Source: Gemmatimonadaceae bacterium (GTDB lineage: Bacteria; Gemmatimonadota; Gemmatimonadetes; Gemmatimonadales; Gemmatimonadaceae). From it: a DNA stretch of 64,000 nucleotides. The notes beneath the pieces were generated by a model. It was given only the letters and a program-made list of their open reading frames with translations. It was not told the DNA's origin and did not search any database. Both the position numbers and the translations under genes were made by a program. Below, piece by piece: positions 8,457-18,675 of the stretch (its first letter is position 1; each line of letters opens with the position of its first letter). The DNA lies in the NCBI GenBank assembly GCA_045804225.1, contig JBJMNO010000024.1, positions 132,815 through 196,814 on the forward strand, given 5' to 3'.

Positions 8457-11297
8457 TTAAGCTGCTCCGAGTCGTGCGAGCGCCTGCCGCGCTTCAGCGA
8501 CGAAGGGCACGAGATCCCGATCGGGCTGAGTGAATGCGTCAAGGAAAGCGCGCCAATGTTTCACCGCCTCGTCACGCCTGCCCAACGTGGAATACCATTG
8601 CGCCAGTCGCCGATGGGCGAACGGCAGCACGAGGCCGCGCAGCGCGTACTCCTGGGCGGGCATGCGTTGCGGCGTGATTGCCAGCTCGAGAAAGGCAGCG
8701 GCCGAGTCGGCGCGGCCACGTCTCGCGTACGCCTCGGCGGCGAGCCAGCGCATCGAGAGGCTACCCACCCGGTCGAGCAGCGCGCTGTCGTTCTCTCCGG
8801 TCGCCGCGACGGGCGCAATCTTGTCCGTCGCCGACGTCCATCGACCTGCACGCGTGTCGATCCACGCATCGATGAGGCGTGGCCCGTTGCCAAGACGGCG
8901 CAGATCCTCCGCCGACGCCGCGTTCACGCGCGAAAGCAGGGCACGTGCGCGAACGGTGTCGTTGGCGATCGCCGCACCGAGCGCCGCGGTCGCGCGCCCG
9001 GCGATGCTGGTATCGGAGGCGAGCTCGTTAGGCAGCGGTGGCACGGCGCGGCCGCTCGCGGCAGCCAGCAGCAGACGGTCGCGGTAGTACCATCGCTTCG
9101 CGTCCGGCGTCGCTCCGGCGGCCGCCCGGGCAAAGATGCTGTCGGCCGCGCTCACGGCACCGCGAACTGCCTTGCTGCTCGCCGACGTAGCCGTTGCCTG
9201 AACGCGCAACAACCCCGGTGACGATGGAGCGCTCGCCGCGGCGGCGCTAACGCTGTCCGCGTCTCCCCACGCGTCCGTCGCGGCGTCGAGCATCAGGCGG
9301 ATTTCCGTCGCGAAGGGCCCAGAGAGATCGCCCATCGTTTGCCGGGCTTCGGCGAACTGCCCGAGCGTGATCTGCGTCGCCGCCTTGTTCATCACCTGGA
9401 TCTGCGCGCGCTTGGGACCGAACGGATGCGCAGCGACCGCACGGTCGAACGACTCGAGCGCATCCTCGTACCTGCCTAACGCCATCAGATACGAACCGCG
9501 ATTGTTGTATGCCGCCCAGGACCGCGGCGACTCCGCGAGGAACAGGTCATAGGCGTTGATTGCCGCCGGCAGATCGTAGTTGAGCGTGTACGCGACGTCC
9601 GCGTCGAGCCGATAGCGCTGCAGGTCGGCCAATCGCGTTTCGAGTTTCTTGGCCCGGCCGAAAGCCCAGCGCGCCGAGTCCAGCGTTCGGTCGTTGAGGT
9701 AATTCCAACCCATCGAGAGCCACGCGGACGCGAAACCCGTGTCGAGGGCGATCGCCTCACGCAGCAACCGATTGCTTCCGCGCCCGTCGCCTCGTGTTTG
9801 GAGGCGGAGACCTTCTACATATAGCCGAAAGGCGGCAAATGAGGGTGTCGCCGCCTGATAGAGCGGTACTGTCGCCTCGATCGATGCGCGGCGCTCGCCC
9901 AGTCCTGACCGTACCTCTCGCGCCAAGCGCTGCACGGTGGTCACGAGACTGCTGTCATGTGCGGCGCCGGCAACCGACACGATGTCCGCACCGTCGTCCG
10001 CGTCGATGACGTGAAGGACGATTGAGTAATTGCTGCTTCCCAGGTGCGTGATGCTTCCCACGAGCACGGCCCGTACCGCACTGCGGTAGGCGAGCTCGCG
10101 CGCCAGCTGCGGTCCAACGGTGGTCGTATCCGGAAGTCCGGCGAGACGCATCGTGGTGTTCAACTGCGAGCGAGGCAGCGTGCTCACGAACCGCGACTGA
10201 TTGAGCTCGGCGGTCGTAAGCTCACGGACGGCGGTGGCGAGCTGTGGGTCGTCATTCGGTCCGTCGAAGTCAGCGACGAGAATCCAGTCGCGCTCGCGAA
10301 ATCGCGTGGAGACGGATGACCGACGCTCCAACGCGACGTCGGCGGCGATCGCAACGACGATCGCCACGGCGGCGACCGCCATCCACCGGCGTCCCTTCGT
10401 TCGTCCGAGCCAGCCAAAAGAACGTTGCCTAACGGGCAGCTCCCCGGACGAATCCAACTCCAGCGAGGTACCTTGTAGTGCGCGCGCCATCTCTCCGGCG
10501 GTGCGGTAGCGGTCGGCCGGCTCGAGCGCCACCGATTTCGCGAGAATCGCGCTGAGCGCGGGCGATACGGTGGGCCGATAGACGCGAACGTCGCGCGGCG
10601 CGTGCACGAACCGCTGGGCAATCACCGACCCGATGGTCGCGCCAACGAACGCGGGCACACCGGCAAGCATCTCGTAGAGCACGCAGCCTAACGAGAAAAC
10701 GTCACTGCGGCCGTCATAGTCGCGATCGCCGCTTGCCTGTTCGGGGCTCATGTATGCTGGCGTCCCACGGACGATGCCGCTCGTCGTCGACGTTTCGCCG
10801 AGGGCACGTTCGAAGACGCGGGCGATACCAAAATCCGTGAGACAAGGCTGGCCGCCGGTGAAGAGAATGTTCTCCGGCTTCACGTCGCGGTGGATGAGGC
10901 CATGCTGATGCGCATGATCGAGCGCATCGGCAATCGTGCGCGCAATGGATATCGCGTCTGCGATGGCGAGCTGCTTCTCGCTATTCAGCTTCTCGCGCAA
11001 CGTGCCGCCATCCAAATACGGCAGCACGAGGTAGAAGCGATTCTCGTACTCGCCTTCGTCGATGACGCCGACGATGTGCGGATGCTGCAAGGCGGCGGTG
11101 CTGCGAATTTCGCGCAGGAAGTGACGAGCGGCGGTGGTCTCGCTGAGCTCCTGGCGCAGGATCTTGATCGCGACGTATTGGCCGCGTTCGGTATCGCGCG
11201 CGAGATACACCGTCGCCGTTGCGCCGCGACCGAGCTCACGCTCGATGACATAGCGACGTGCAAACTGTCCCGTAAGGACGTCAGCCGGACTGCGCAC
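8457..11297 (-). CDS. Ser/Thr protein kinase with one TM segment and a large C-terminal TPR-like domain
   Basis: Hanks kinase motifs GRGATATVYLA, HRDVKPENIL, DFG, SPEQ and SLGCVLYEML. A TM helix (WMAVAAVAIVVAIAADVAL) is followed by about 600 aa of TPR-like helical repeats. Confidence 0.9.
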   Translation of the reverse strand: MRSPADVLTGQFARRYVIERELGRGATATVYLARDTERGQYVAIKILRQELSETTAARHFLREIRSTAALQHPHIVGVIDEGEYENRFYLVLPYLDGGTLREKLNSEKQLAIADAISIARTIADALDHAHQHGLIHRDVKPENILFTGGQPCLTDFGIARVFERALGETSTTSGIVRGTPAYMSPEQASGDRDYDGRSDVFSLGCVLYEMLAGVPAFVGATIGSVIAQRFVHAPRDVRVYRPTVSPALSAILAKSVALEPADRYRTAGEMARALQGTSLELDSSGELPVRQRSFGWLGRTKGRRWMAVAAVAIVVAIAADVALERRSSVSTRFRERDWILVADFDGPNDDPQLATAVRELTTAELNQSRFVSTLPRSQLNTTMRLAGLPDTTTVGPQLARELAYRSAVRAVLVGSITHLGSSNYSIVLHVIDADDGADIVSVAGAAHDSSLVTTVQRLAREVRSGLGERRASIEATVPLYQAATPSFAAFRLYVEGLRLQTRGDGRGSNRLLREAIALDTGFASAWLSMGWNYLNDRTLDSARWAFGRAKKLETRLADLQRYRLDADVAYTLNYDLPAAINAYDLFLAESPRSWAAYNNRGSYLMALGRYEDALESFDRAVAAHPFGPKRAQIQVMNKAATQITLGQFAEARQTMGDLSGPFATEIRLMLDAATDAWGDADSVSAAAASAPSSPGLLRVQATATSASSKAVRGAVSAADSIFARAAAGATPDAKRWYYRDRLLLAAASGRAVPPLPNELASDTSIAGRATAALGAAIANDTVRARALLSRVNAASAEDLRRLGNGPRLIDAWIDTRAGRWTSATDKIAPVAATGENDSALLDRVGSLSMRWLAAEAYARRGRADSAAAFLELAITPQRMPAQEYALRGLVLPFAHRRLAQWYSTLGRRDEAVKHWRAFLDAFTQPDRDLVPFVAEARQALARLGAA

Positions 11298-11362
11298 GCG
11301 CGCCCCCAGAAGATGCGCTGAGGGCTAACATAGGACTGGCGTCGGGCAACCGCCAGAGAAAG

Positions 11363-11474
11363 TGGTGCGTGGTGCGTGGGCGAGATAAGACTTCGCGCGG
11401 CGCGCGGCGCGCGCCACGCGCCACGCGCCACGCGCCACGCGCCACGCGCCACGCGCCACTCTACCCTCAACCCG
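11363..11474. repeat. Tandem heptamers: (GTGGTGC)x2 at 11363-11380, then (GCGCCAC)x7 plus TCTACCC at 11411-11474
   Basis: Read directly. On the minus strand it follows the hydrolase stop (11478-11480) as GGGTTGA GGGTAGA (GTGGCGC)x7. The two blocks are mutually complementary. Confidence 0.9.
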
Positions 11475-11477
11475 CTT

Positions 11478-12713
11478 TCAGCGCGGGGTCGCCTGGGTGA
11501 CGTTAGGTCTCTCGCAGCCGTTCGAATCGTCGAGGCAGCTGTCCACGACGCGAGCGACGGCCGACGCCCAGGTCTGGCCCGACGCGTCGAGACCGGCGTT
11601 CGAGAGCACGACGATCGAGAGGCCATTCTCCAGCAGCCGCACGACACTGCTCTGGCCGACGCGCACGTCATAGCCGGAGTGCCAGACTTCGCGACGTCGA
11701 TCGCCCTGCATATAGATGCGGTCGCCAAACGAGTAGTACACGTCGTTGCCGCCCTCGCGGCGAACCAGCACGTGACCACGCCCCAGCTCCTGCGCCGACC
11801 GTTGGGAGAGGATCTTCCCGGCGCGAAGAGCACGCGCCCACTTCAGGAGGTCGCCGGCGGTGCCGACGAGACCCGTCGCGCCGCGATCCGCCCAGTCTAC
11901 CGGTGTACTTCCACCGCTGCATGGAGGCGGCACGGCCGGCGCATTCGCCGACGGCGCGACCGTTACGCGCGCCGAGAGCCGGCCGCAGAAGCCAGTATGC
12001 GTGAGACCGGCGGGAATGAGCAGCGTCCGCTCGACGAACGCTTCGAAAGGCACTCCAGCGACAGTCTCCACGACCGCGGCCAGCAGCGTGTAGTCCTCGT
12101 CCTCGTAGTGGTAGGTCTCGCCTGGCTGGCCACGAAGCGGCTCGGAAAGGATCGCGCGAACCGCCGCCTCCCGATCAGTCACGCCCTCCGCCGAGCCGGA
12201 TGGTGCGACACCCGACGTGTGCGTGAGCAGTTGCTCAACGGTGATCGCCCGCGCGTCGCGCGGCAGCCGACGGAAGAAATGGTAGAGGGAATCGCTGACG
12301 GAGAGCTTACCCTGGTCCACCAGCTTCATGATCGCGGCGGCGGTGAATTGCTTGGTCGTTGATGCGAGCCAGAAGGCGCTCTCGGTCGTTAGGCGCCGGC
12401 CTCCCGCCGGCAGGTACGCGCGATTCAGCAGTACCTTGTTCCCGCGCTCCACCAGCACGACGCCGGAGAATTTCGCGGAGTCGGCGAGATGTCGCAGCCA
12501 CTTGTCGAGCGCCTTTTCATCCCACGTCCTGTCATCCTGAGGAGCGAAGCGACGAAGGATCTGCTGTTGCTCCGGGCTCGCGCCGCGGCCGAACAGCAGA
12601 TCCTTCGCTTCGCTCAGGATGACAGGGCGGGCTTCGCTCAGGATGACAGGACGGGCATCGCTCAGGATGACAACTGAGGCGGCAACCGCCAACGCGCGGA
12701 TGTGGGGAATCAT
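11478..12713 (-). CDS. Serine hydrolase (beta-lactamase/PBP4-like family); the 5' region is traversed by REP repeats
   Basis: S-x-x-K motif (ASTTKQFTAAAI) and a typical class-C-like fold sequence. The N-terminal 60 aa (..VILSDARPVILSEARPVILSEAKDLLF..) are encoded by the REP locus 12531-12671. Confidence 0.75.
   Translation of the reverse strand: MIPHIRALAVAASVVILSDARPVILSEARPVILSEAKDLLFGRGASPEQQQILRRFAPQDDRTWDEKALDKWLRHLADSAKFSGVVLVERGNKVLLNRAYLPAGGRRLTTESAFWLASTTKQFTAAAIMKLVDQGKLSVSDSLYHFFRRLPRDARAITVEQLLTHTSGVAPSGSAEGVTDREAAVRAILSEPLRGQPGETYHYEDEDYTLLAAVVETVAGVPFEAFVERTLLIPAGLTHTGFCGRLSARVTVAPSANAPAVPPPCSGGSTPVDWADRGATGLVGTAGDLLKWARALRAGKILSQRSAQELGRGHVLVRREGGNDVYYSFGDRIYMQGDRRREVWHSGYDVRVGQSSVVRLLENGLSIVVLSNAGLDASGQTWASAVARVVDSCLDDSNGCERPNVTQATPR
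12531..12671. repeat. REP/MITE-like locus: inverted arms 12531-12568 and 12592-12623, plus two extra 24-nt tandem units (12624-12671)
   Basis: The arms are GTCATCCTGAGGAGCGAAGCGACGAAGGATCTGCTGTT and AACAGCAGATCCTTCGCTTCGCTCAGGATGAC. They are followed by ..CTTCGCTCAGGATGAC and ..ATCGCTCAGGATGAC. Confidence 0.85.
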
Positions 12714-12733
12714 TCTTATGTACTAACGCCAAC

Positions 12734-15298
12734 TCACCGATTCAGCCAGTACGCCACCTTGATCAGGAACGTATTGTCCGGATGGAGTCGGAACAGATCG
12801 CGATAGTCCGTTAGCCACGACTGACCTGTGTTGTACGTGTTCTCGTCGTCGCCGCGACCGTGGGTCCACACCAGATACACCGTCGAGCCCGGGCGATACT
12901 CCCACCGCACGACCATGTTGCTGCGCAGCGACACCGATTTGAACGCGGTGTCGGTGCCGGCCGGCGCTGTGAAGGGACGAAACCGATCGTCGTAGCCGGC
13001 GGCGTTAGGCGTCGCACTCGTCTCGCGGATGTTCGTGTAAACACCCTTCGCCACGAACGGCTGGCCGTAAAACTCGAGCGTCAGATCCCGCGTCATCGCG
13101 TAGCTGAGCTGCGTGCTGAGGGAGATTTGCGTTTGGTCCAGGTGAGCGAATGTGTAATGGGTGGCACTCGCGGCGTCCGTGAAGTTGCCGAACCACTGTG
13201 TGTTGTCCTGACCCCAAAACACATTGCTCCCGAGTTGCGCCTGCAGCCGCGTGGAGAAGCGGAAGTTCATGTATGGGCTCAGCGACGTGCCATGCGTTCG
13301 GCCACCATCGCTGAAGTTGAGATTCGCCCACATGCCCGCCGAGATAGGCTTGCGACTGTCGGTGTTGACGCCGCCCCACGGATAGAACGCCGCCGACTGC
13401 CGTACCACCGGACCGCCACGTGTGCAACGATCGCAGTAGCTCGGCGTCAGACGCGCGAAGGTGCTGCCAAGATGCACGTCCCAGTTGTTCAAGAGCCCCA
13501 TATGACCGTTGAAGTTGAACGCATTGTCGAGCCGGGTGCCCGACGTGTTCCACTGCTCCCAGTGGTTGCCGTTCACCTGCGCCCAACGATAGATGCCATG
13601 TGCATTCTGGAAGCTGAGCGCGGCCCAGGTGCTCCAGTCCATGATGTCGGCGCGTCGCAGATAGCCGAGGTCGTTGACCTCGAATCCTGGTGACTGTCGG
13701 AGAATGCTCGACTCGAATCGCGTGAAGCCGCCACCGTACTTGCCGAACTTGAGCTGCTCGGCGTGGCCACCGAGCGAGGTACGCGTTGGATCTTCCGTGA
13801 TTTTGTCGCCGGGCTGCTGGAAGTAATGAACAGCGGAGCGCTGCGTGCTGTCGATAGCCTCGGGTGAGCCCATAACCTGAGAGACTGCTAATTGCCCCGA
13901 GAGCTCGTACTCGCTGTGATAGAAGCGGTTGCGGAATGTCGCGCCGCCGGTGTACGCGCTGCTGTGGATGTAAGGCGACGTCCACTCGTCGAGCGCCCGA
14001 TTCACCGCCGTGCCGATGATGCTGATGCCCGCCTCGCCGCCACGCAGATCCTGTTGCGCACGCACGACCGCGTAGTTGGTCCTCGGCTCGACAGTTCGAC
14101 TAGAGAGTCCATCGACGCGTGGCGTTGCCGCGTCGAGCACGCCGAAGGAGAGGCCGTTGCCCGTGCGTCCGGTGAGCTTGGTGGCCGCGGCGATTGGAGT
14201 CGCCGTGGGCGTGCTCGCGTCTCCATAGTAGTCGCGCAGCATCGGCGATCGTCCAATGCGGCGCGAATAGAAGAGACCTTCATTCGTGCTGCAGTCCACG
14301 ACGATGTAGCAGTTGAGCTGAAACTGATACAGCCCCGTTCCCTCGACGAAGAACGGTCGCTTTTCGGCGTAAAATGTCTCGAAGGCCGAGAGGTTGAGCA
14401 CCGCCGGATCCGCTTCGACCTGACCGAAATCGGGATTGACCGTGGCGTCGAGTGTGACGTTAGGCGTGAGGCCGAACTTGACGTCGGCGCCTGCCGAGAA
14501 ATCCTGACCACGTGCGAAGCCGGAGGCGCGCGTGCGCTCGACGTTCTTCGTCACGGCATATGGTGTCACCTCGAGGCGTTGCGCCGTGGAGATACCGCTG
14601 ATGCCGTCGAGCTTACCGAGCTGTGACGCGAGACCATTGCGCTCCGGCGAATACAGGGGCCACGAATCGCGCTCGACGAGCCGCTCGATGTCGCGCCAGA
14701 CACCAAAACCGAAAGTGTGGCGCTCCGATTTCCCATATCGCAGCTGCGAGAGAGGAATGCGAAACTCGGCCGTCCATCCTAACGAGTCAACCGTGGTCGC
14801 GACATCCCACACACCATTCCAGGAATCATCTTCTTGGGCGTCGTTGCTGATGGAGTAGTCGCGCTTTACGCCATCGGGGTTGACGGCGAACTCGTAGCCG
14901 GAGCGTCTGTCGCCGTACGAGTCGATGAGGATCTTGATCTGGTCCGACGGGCCACGGACGTCGCGTCGCGACAGCGCGTGCATGATGCTGTCGGGATGCG
15001 GATCGTACATCCGCACGAAGACGTAGAGATTGTGCTCGTCGTACGAGGTCTGGAACTCCGTGCGGAAAGATGGATCGACGTTGACGTGGGGCGCGAATTG
15101 CCGGAAGTCGCTGATCTTCGGTGCATCGCGCCAGATCGGATCGTTATTTCGACCGTCGACCACCGGCGCCTGACGCGTACGTACCGCTATGGCAGTGAGT
15201 GGTACGGACGGCCCGCGCGGCACGGGTGTACCCGAGGCAAGAACCTTTTGTGGCGGCAGCGTGAGGCCGCCGCCGAGAACGAGCAATGAGAGAAACAT
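12734..15298 (-). CDS. DUF5916 / carbohydrate-binding-family-9-like outer-membrane protein
   Basis: 854 aa with a signal peptide. The N-terminal CBM9-like region reads DGRNNDPIWRDAPKISDF...YDEHNLYVFVRMYD...YEFAVNPDGVKRD, followed by a long beta-rich C-terminal part ending ...KVAYWLNR. Confidence 0.8.
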   Translation of the reverse strand: MFLSLLVLGGGLTLPPQKVLASGTPVPRGPSVPLTAIAVRTRQAPVVDGRNNDPIWRDAPKISDFRQFAPHVNVDPSFRTEFQTSYDEHNLYVFVRMYDPHPDSIMHALSRRDVRGPSDQIKILIDSYGDRRSGYEFAVNPDGVKRDYSISNDAQEDDSWNGVWDVATTVDSLGWTAEFRIPLSQLRYGKSERHTFGFGVWRDIERLVERDSWPLYSPERNGLASQLGKLDGISGISTAQRLEVTPYAVTKNVERTRASGFARGQDFSAGADVKFGLTPNVTLDATVNPDFGQVEADPAVLNLSAFETFYAEKRPFFVEGTGLYQFQLNCYIVVDCSTNEGLFYSRRIGRSPMLRDYYGDASTPTATPIAAATKLTGRTGNGLSFGVLDAATPRVDGLSSRTVEPRTNYAVVRAQQDLRGGEAGISIIGTAVNRALDEWTSPYIHSSAYTGGATFRNRFYHSEYELSGQLAVSQVMGSPEAIDSTQRSAVHYFQQPGDKITEDPTRTSLGGHAEQLKFGKYGGGFTRFESSILRQSPGFEVNDLGYLRRADIMDWSTWAALSFQNAHGIYRWAQVNGNHWEQWNTSGTRLDNAFNFNGHMGLLNNWDVHLGSTFARLTPSYCDRCTRGGPVVRQSAAFYPWGGVNTDSRKPISAGMWANLNFSDGGRTHGTSLSPYMNFRFSTRLQAQLGSNVFWGQDNTQWFGNFTDAASATHYTFAHLDQTQISLSTQLSYAMTRDLTLEFYGQPFVAKGVYTNIRETSATPNAAGYDDRFRPFTAPAGTDTAFKSVSLRSNMVVRWEYRPGSTVYLVWTHGRGDDENTYNTGQSWLTDYRDLFRLHPDNTFLIKVAYWLNR

Positions 15299-15430
15299 CG
15301 GAGAGTCCGTGCGGTTGCGATGACCTGCATAAGACAGCGGTATTGCCCCAAGGGTTGGGACGAACCGTTGTCCTCCGCGCGGGACAGTCCGGCGTGGTGG
15401 GTGGCGCGTGCTACGTGGTGCGTCGTCGAT

Positions 15431-16159
15431 TCAAGACTGAACGGTATCGCTCGATCCGGCCGCGTTCGCTGGTCGGGCGGGCAGGAAGCGGTAGCCCAAT
15501 GCGGGCCCGAGGTCTTGAGCGTATGCTAACTGCGCGACGAGCAAGGCGAAGGGCTCGATCCACCGGCTCACCCGCAGTGGTCCCGCATCCACGGGAGTGA
15601 AGCCGGCGTCCGTGGCCAGCGAGGCCGCGCGATCTTTTGCGTGCACGTCGTCACCGCAGATGACCACCTGCGGCTGCTCGACGCCGATCGCCGCGAAGCC
15701 GCCGCTGTCGCGTCTCGCCAGCCGAGCCATCTGTTCCTCGTGCTCGCGGATGAGCTCCGACGGAATCGTATTGAACGCCGCCACCACTTGCGCCGACGGC
15801 AGTCGCTGCGCGAGCGTCTCCGCGCCGGATGTTTCGTGGCCGATCGCGAGATCGGAATCATCGGCACGCATTGGCAGCGTACAAGTGATGACGACCTTGT
15901 TCGCGAACGCTCCCGCGCCGCCAGCAGCCGCGAGCGCCTCGTCGAGCTGGTGCCAAGGAATACTGACGAGCACGACTTCGGCGTCGCGCACTGCGTCGTT
16001 AGGCGCGGCCGCACGTGCCTTATTGTCCGCGTCCCGCGCCAACCCCTCGAGCTTCGCGGTATCGCGTGAATAGCTGAAGGTCACGACATGACCGGCGCGA
16101 GCCCACGCCGCGCCGAGGGCGCTTCCCATCAGCCCCGAACCGAGAATGCCAATGCGCAA
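15431..16159 (-). CDS. NADP-dependent oxidoreductase (F420-dependent NADP reductase/ProC-like Rossmann protein)
   Basis: MRIGILGSGLMGSALGAAWARAGHVVTFSYSR carries a GxGxxG dinucleotide fold. 242 aa. Confidence 0.7.
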   Translation of the reverse strand: MRIGILGSGLMGSALGAAWARAGHVVTFSYSRDTAKLEGLARDADNKARAAAPNDAVRDAEVVLVSIPWHQLDEALAAAGGAGAFANKVVITCTLPMRADDSDLAIGHETSGAETLAQRLPSAQVVAAFNTIPSELIREHEEQMARLARRDSGGFAAIGVEQPQVVICGDDVHAKDRAASLATDAGFTPVDAGPLRVSRWIEPFALLVAQLAYAQDLGPALGYRFLPARPANAAGSSDTVQS

Positions 16160-16216
16160 TGCTGCCTCGTAAAGATTCTTTCTGAACCTAGCGGAAGCGG
16201 CCCGCCCACGCGCGTG

Positions 16217-16690
16217 CTACCAGAGTGGGGGAGCCGTAGGGCTGGAAGGCGGTTGAAAGAGCGCTTTCGGATAGGCCACCTGGAGCTTGGGGACCTCGTT
16301 AGGCGCGAAGTAGCGGAAGGCGAGCGCTTCTCCGTCGAGGGGCGCGAGCTTTCCGCCAACGATCTCGCAGTCGAGCACGACGACGGTGTATTCGGCGCAG
16401 TCGCCATTCTCGTACCGCATGCGAAAGCCGGTGCCGCCGAACACCCCAGCAACGCGCGTCGCGCGCACCTCGAGGCCGGTCTCTTCGTGGACCTCGCGAA
16501 CGACGGCTTCCGCGGGCGTCTCGCCAGGATCGATCCCGCCGGCGGGCAGCCCCCACGCGCCGTTATCAGCGCGGCGAATGAAGAGCACGCGGTGTTGTGG
16601 GTCGCGAACGATGGCGGCAACGCCGGGAAGCAACAGCAAGTCGGATCCGACGCGCTCGCGCAGCCGGCGCATGTAGTCAGAAACGGTCAC
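16217..16690 (-). CDS. NUDIX hydrolase
   Basis: Nudix box [23 protein letters not shown]. Confidence 0.85.
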   Translation of the reverse strand: MTVSDYMRRLRERVGSDLLLLPGVAAIVRDPQHRVLFIRRADNGAWGLPAGGIDPGETPAEAVVREVHEETGLEVRATRVAGVFGGTGFRMRYENGDCAEYTVVVLDCEIVGGKLAPLDGEALAFRYFAPNEVPKLQVAYPKALFQPPSSPTAPPLW

Positions 16691-16754
16691 TTATCGCTCG
16701 GGCAAGCTCAGTTCCAAATCGCCGCCCGTCGGCGGATTTCGGGAACGATGGTCG

Positions 16755-16806
16755 AACAGCAGATCCTTCGTCGCTGTGCTCCTCAGGATGACAGGTGAGT
16801 GTCATC
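16755..16806. repeat. REP-family arm (AACAGCAGATCCTTCGTCGCTGTGCTCCTCAGGATGAC) with a short GATGACA/TGTCATC hairpin
   Basis: Read directly. Lies in the intergenic gap between the NUDIX and M28 genes. Confidence 0.8.
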
Positions 16807-18543
16807 TCATTGCTGACAGGAGCCGTGGGGGTCGGGCTTCGCGTGATCGACCACGACACGATGGTCGAGATTCGCCACGTGCACCGCGGCATCCTCGATG
16901 AACGACGCGATGCGCGACATGTGATCGTAGTCGATGTACTCCGGCTCGTCCGTCACCTGGTGATAGTCGGAGTGCAGGCCCGTCGTGAAGAACACGACCG
17001 GAATGCCATAGCGCGCATACGCGTAGTGATCGCTCCGGCAGTAGATGTTTTCCGGATGACCGTTCGCGTCGAACGAGTAGTCGAACGAGAGGCTATGCTT
17101 GCCCTCGGTGTTCACGCGCTCGAGCAGATCGCCCAACTCGGTCGAAAGACGCCGCGAGCCGACGAGCATCAACAAGTTGGAACTTCCGTGAAATGATTTG
17201 CCGGTCTTGTCGGTGACGGCTTGGTCCCACGCGTCGCCGCGGCCGACCATGTCCATGTTGAGTTGCGCGACAATCGAGTCGCGTGGCACAGTCGGATGAT
17301 CAGTGAAATACAGCGAACCGAGAAGACCCTTCTCCTCGCCGACGTGAAACACGAACAGCATCGACCGCTTTGGCGCCGGCCGAAGCGACGCTATACGCTC
17401 GGCGATCTCGAGCACTGTCACCGTTCCGCTTCCGTCGTCGTCCGCGCCGTTGTAGATCGAATCGACGCGTGTCTCGCCCGGATGCGCGGTTCGCCACGCA
17501 GCAAGCTCCTTGTTCACTTCGGTCTGCTGCGCCGGCGTCGCCGTTGCTCCCTGCTGCTCGGCGCCGCCTGGCCTAACGATATGGTTGTAGATGCGAATCG
17601 AGTCGTGGTCCACCGGCGTGTGATTCAAGCCGATGTGATCGGTATGCGCGCCGATGGCGACGTATTCGTCGCGCAACTTCGGATCGCTTCCCGGCAGAAT
17701 CGCGACGACGTTGCGCGCGGGAGCGGGCGTCGGCTCGTTTCGGACATGGATCTCGATGCCGACAGGCTTTCCGCCCGCCCCAACGGCAAGAGTGCCTAAC
17801 GGCGCGGCGAAGAGTTGTGCCGCCGCGCTGTCGGAGAGAAAGATCATGGAGCCGAGCGGGCCGGCCGCCGCGCCTGGCTGGTCGAGGTACTGTTGTGGCT
17901 GGGTGAAGAACGGAAGAAATTGCGCGGGCCCGATGACCATGATTCCGGCGCTTTTCGAGGCGACCTGACCCAACGCCACCAGACCGCCCTGCATGTTCGT
18001 CGGCGAAAGGCGAGCGACGACGACCTTCCCTTTGAGCGAGTCCAGCGGAACAAAGCTCGAGTCGCCGAGCACACCGCCATAGACGATCTGTTGATCGTGC
18101 ATGACAATGTCGGCGGACGACGTTGATCCCCACTCCTTTCCGAACGGAAGCCGTGCGTCGCCTGCCGTGATGACGGAATTTGGATCGACCGTACGGATCT
18201 TGAATGGCAGCACCTGGAAGTAGGTGCCGCTATCGCCGGCGGGCTCGAGGCCCATGCGCTTCAACTCGTTCGCGATGTATGTCGTCCCCTTCACATTCCC
18301 GAGAGCTCCGGCTTCGCGTCCTTGCATCGAGTCGTCCGCGAAGATGTAGAGACGGGTCATCAAGTCGGCGGCGGAGATCGCGGCGCTCGTAGGTCGTGGC
18401 TGATGCGTGCGCGGAAGTCGCGTCGCCGGCAGCGGTACCACCGTGGCCGGTTGCTCGGTGGATGCCTGAGCCAGTAGAGAGGCTGGTGCGAGCAGAGCGA
18501 AAACGAGCGCCCGAAGTGCGACGCGAGCTGGATTGAGTTGCAT
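16807..18543 (-). CDS. M28-family metallopeptidase (with PA-like insert), secreted
   Basis: Track ORF 16807..18675. The probable start MQLNPARVALRALVFALLAPASLLAQ (ATG 18543) gives a signal peptide. Contains GADDDGSG and HVGEEKGLLGS metal-ligand motifs. Confidence 0.85.
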   Translation of the reverse strand: MQLNPARVALRALVFALLAPASLLAQASTEQPATVVPLPATRLPRTHQPRPTSAAISAADLMTRLYIFADDSMQGREAGALGNVKGTTYIANELKRMGLEPAGDSGTYFQVLPFKIRTVDPNSVITAGDARLPFGKEWGSTSSADIVMHDQQIVYGGVLGDSSFVPLDSLKGKVVVARLSPTNMQGGLVALGQVASKSAGIMVIGPAQFLPFFTQPQQYLDQPGAAAGPLGSMIFLSDSAAAQLFAAPLGTLAVGAGGKPVGIEIHVRNEPTPAPARNVVAILPGSDPKLRDEYVAIGAHTDHIGLNHTPVDHDSIRIYNHIVRPGGAEQQGATATPAQQTEVNKELAAWRTAHPGETRVDSIYNGADDDGSGTVTVLEIAERIASLRPAPKRSMLFVFHVGEEKGLLGSLYFTDHPTVPRDSIVAQLNMDMVGRGDAWDQAVTDKTGKSFHGSSNLLMLVGSRRLSTELGDLLERVNTEGKHSLSFDYSFDANGHPENIYCRSDHYAYARYGIPVVFFTTGLHSDYHQVTDEPEYIDYDHMSRIASFIEDAAVHVANLDHRVVVDHAKPDPHGSCQQ

Positions 18544-18675
18544 GATGCAGAGCATACGATGAGGATGCACGGTGAATCTCCGCTGACACTCGGAACGTTG
18601 AAGTCTATCTACTTCCCGCACGCGATCTGAGCGATCCGGGGACGGTTCAGGCGAGGCGCGCTGAATGGTATCCAC

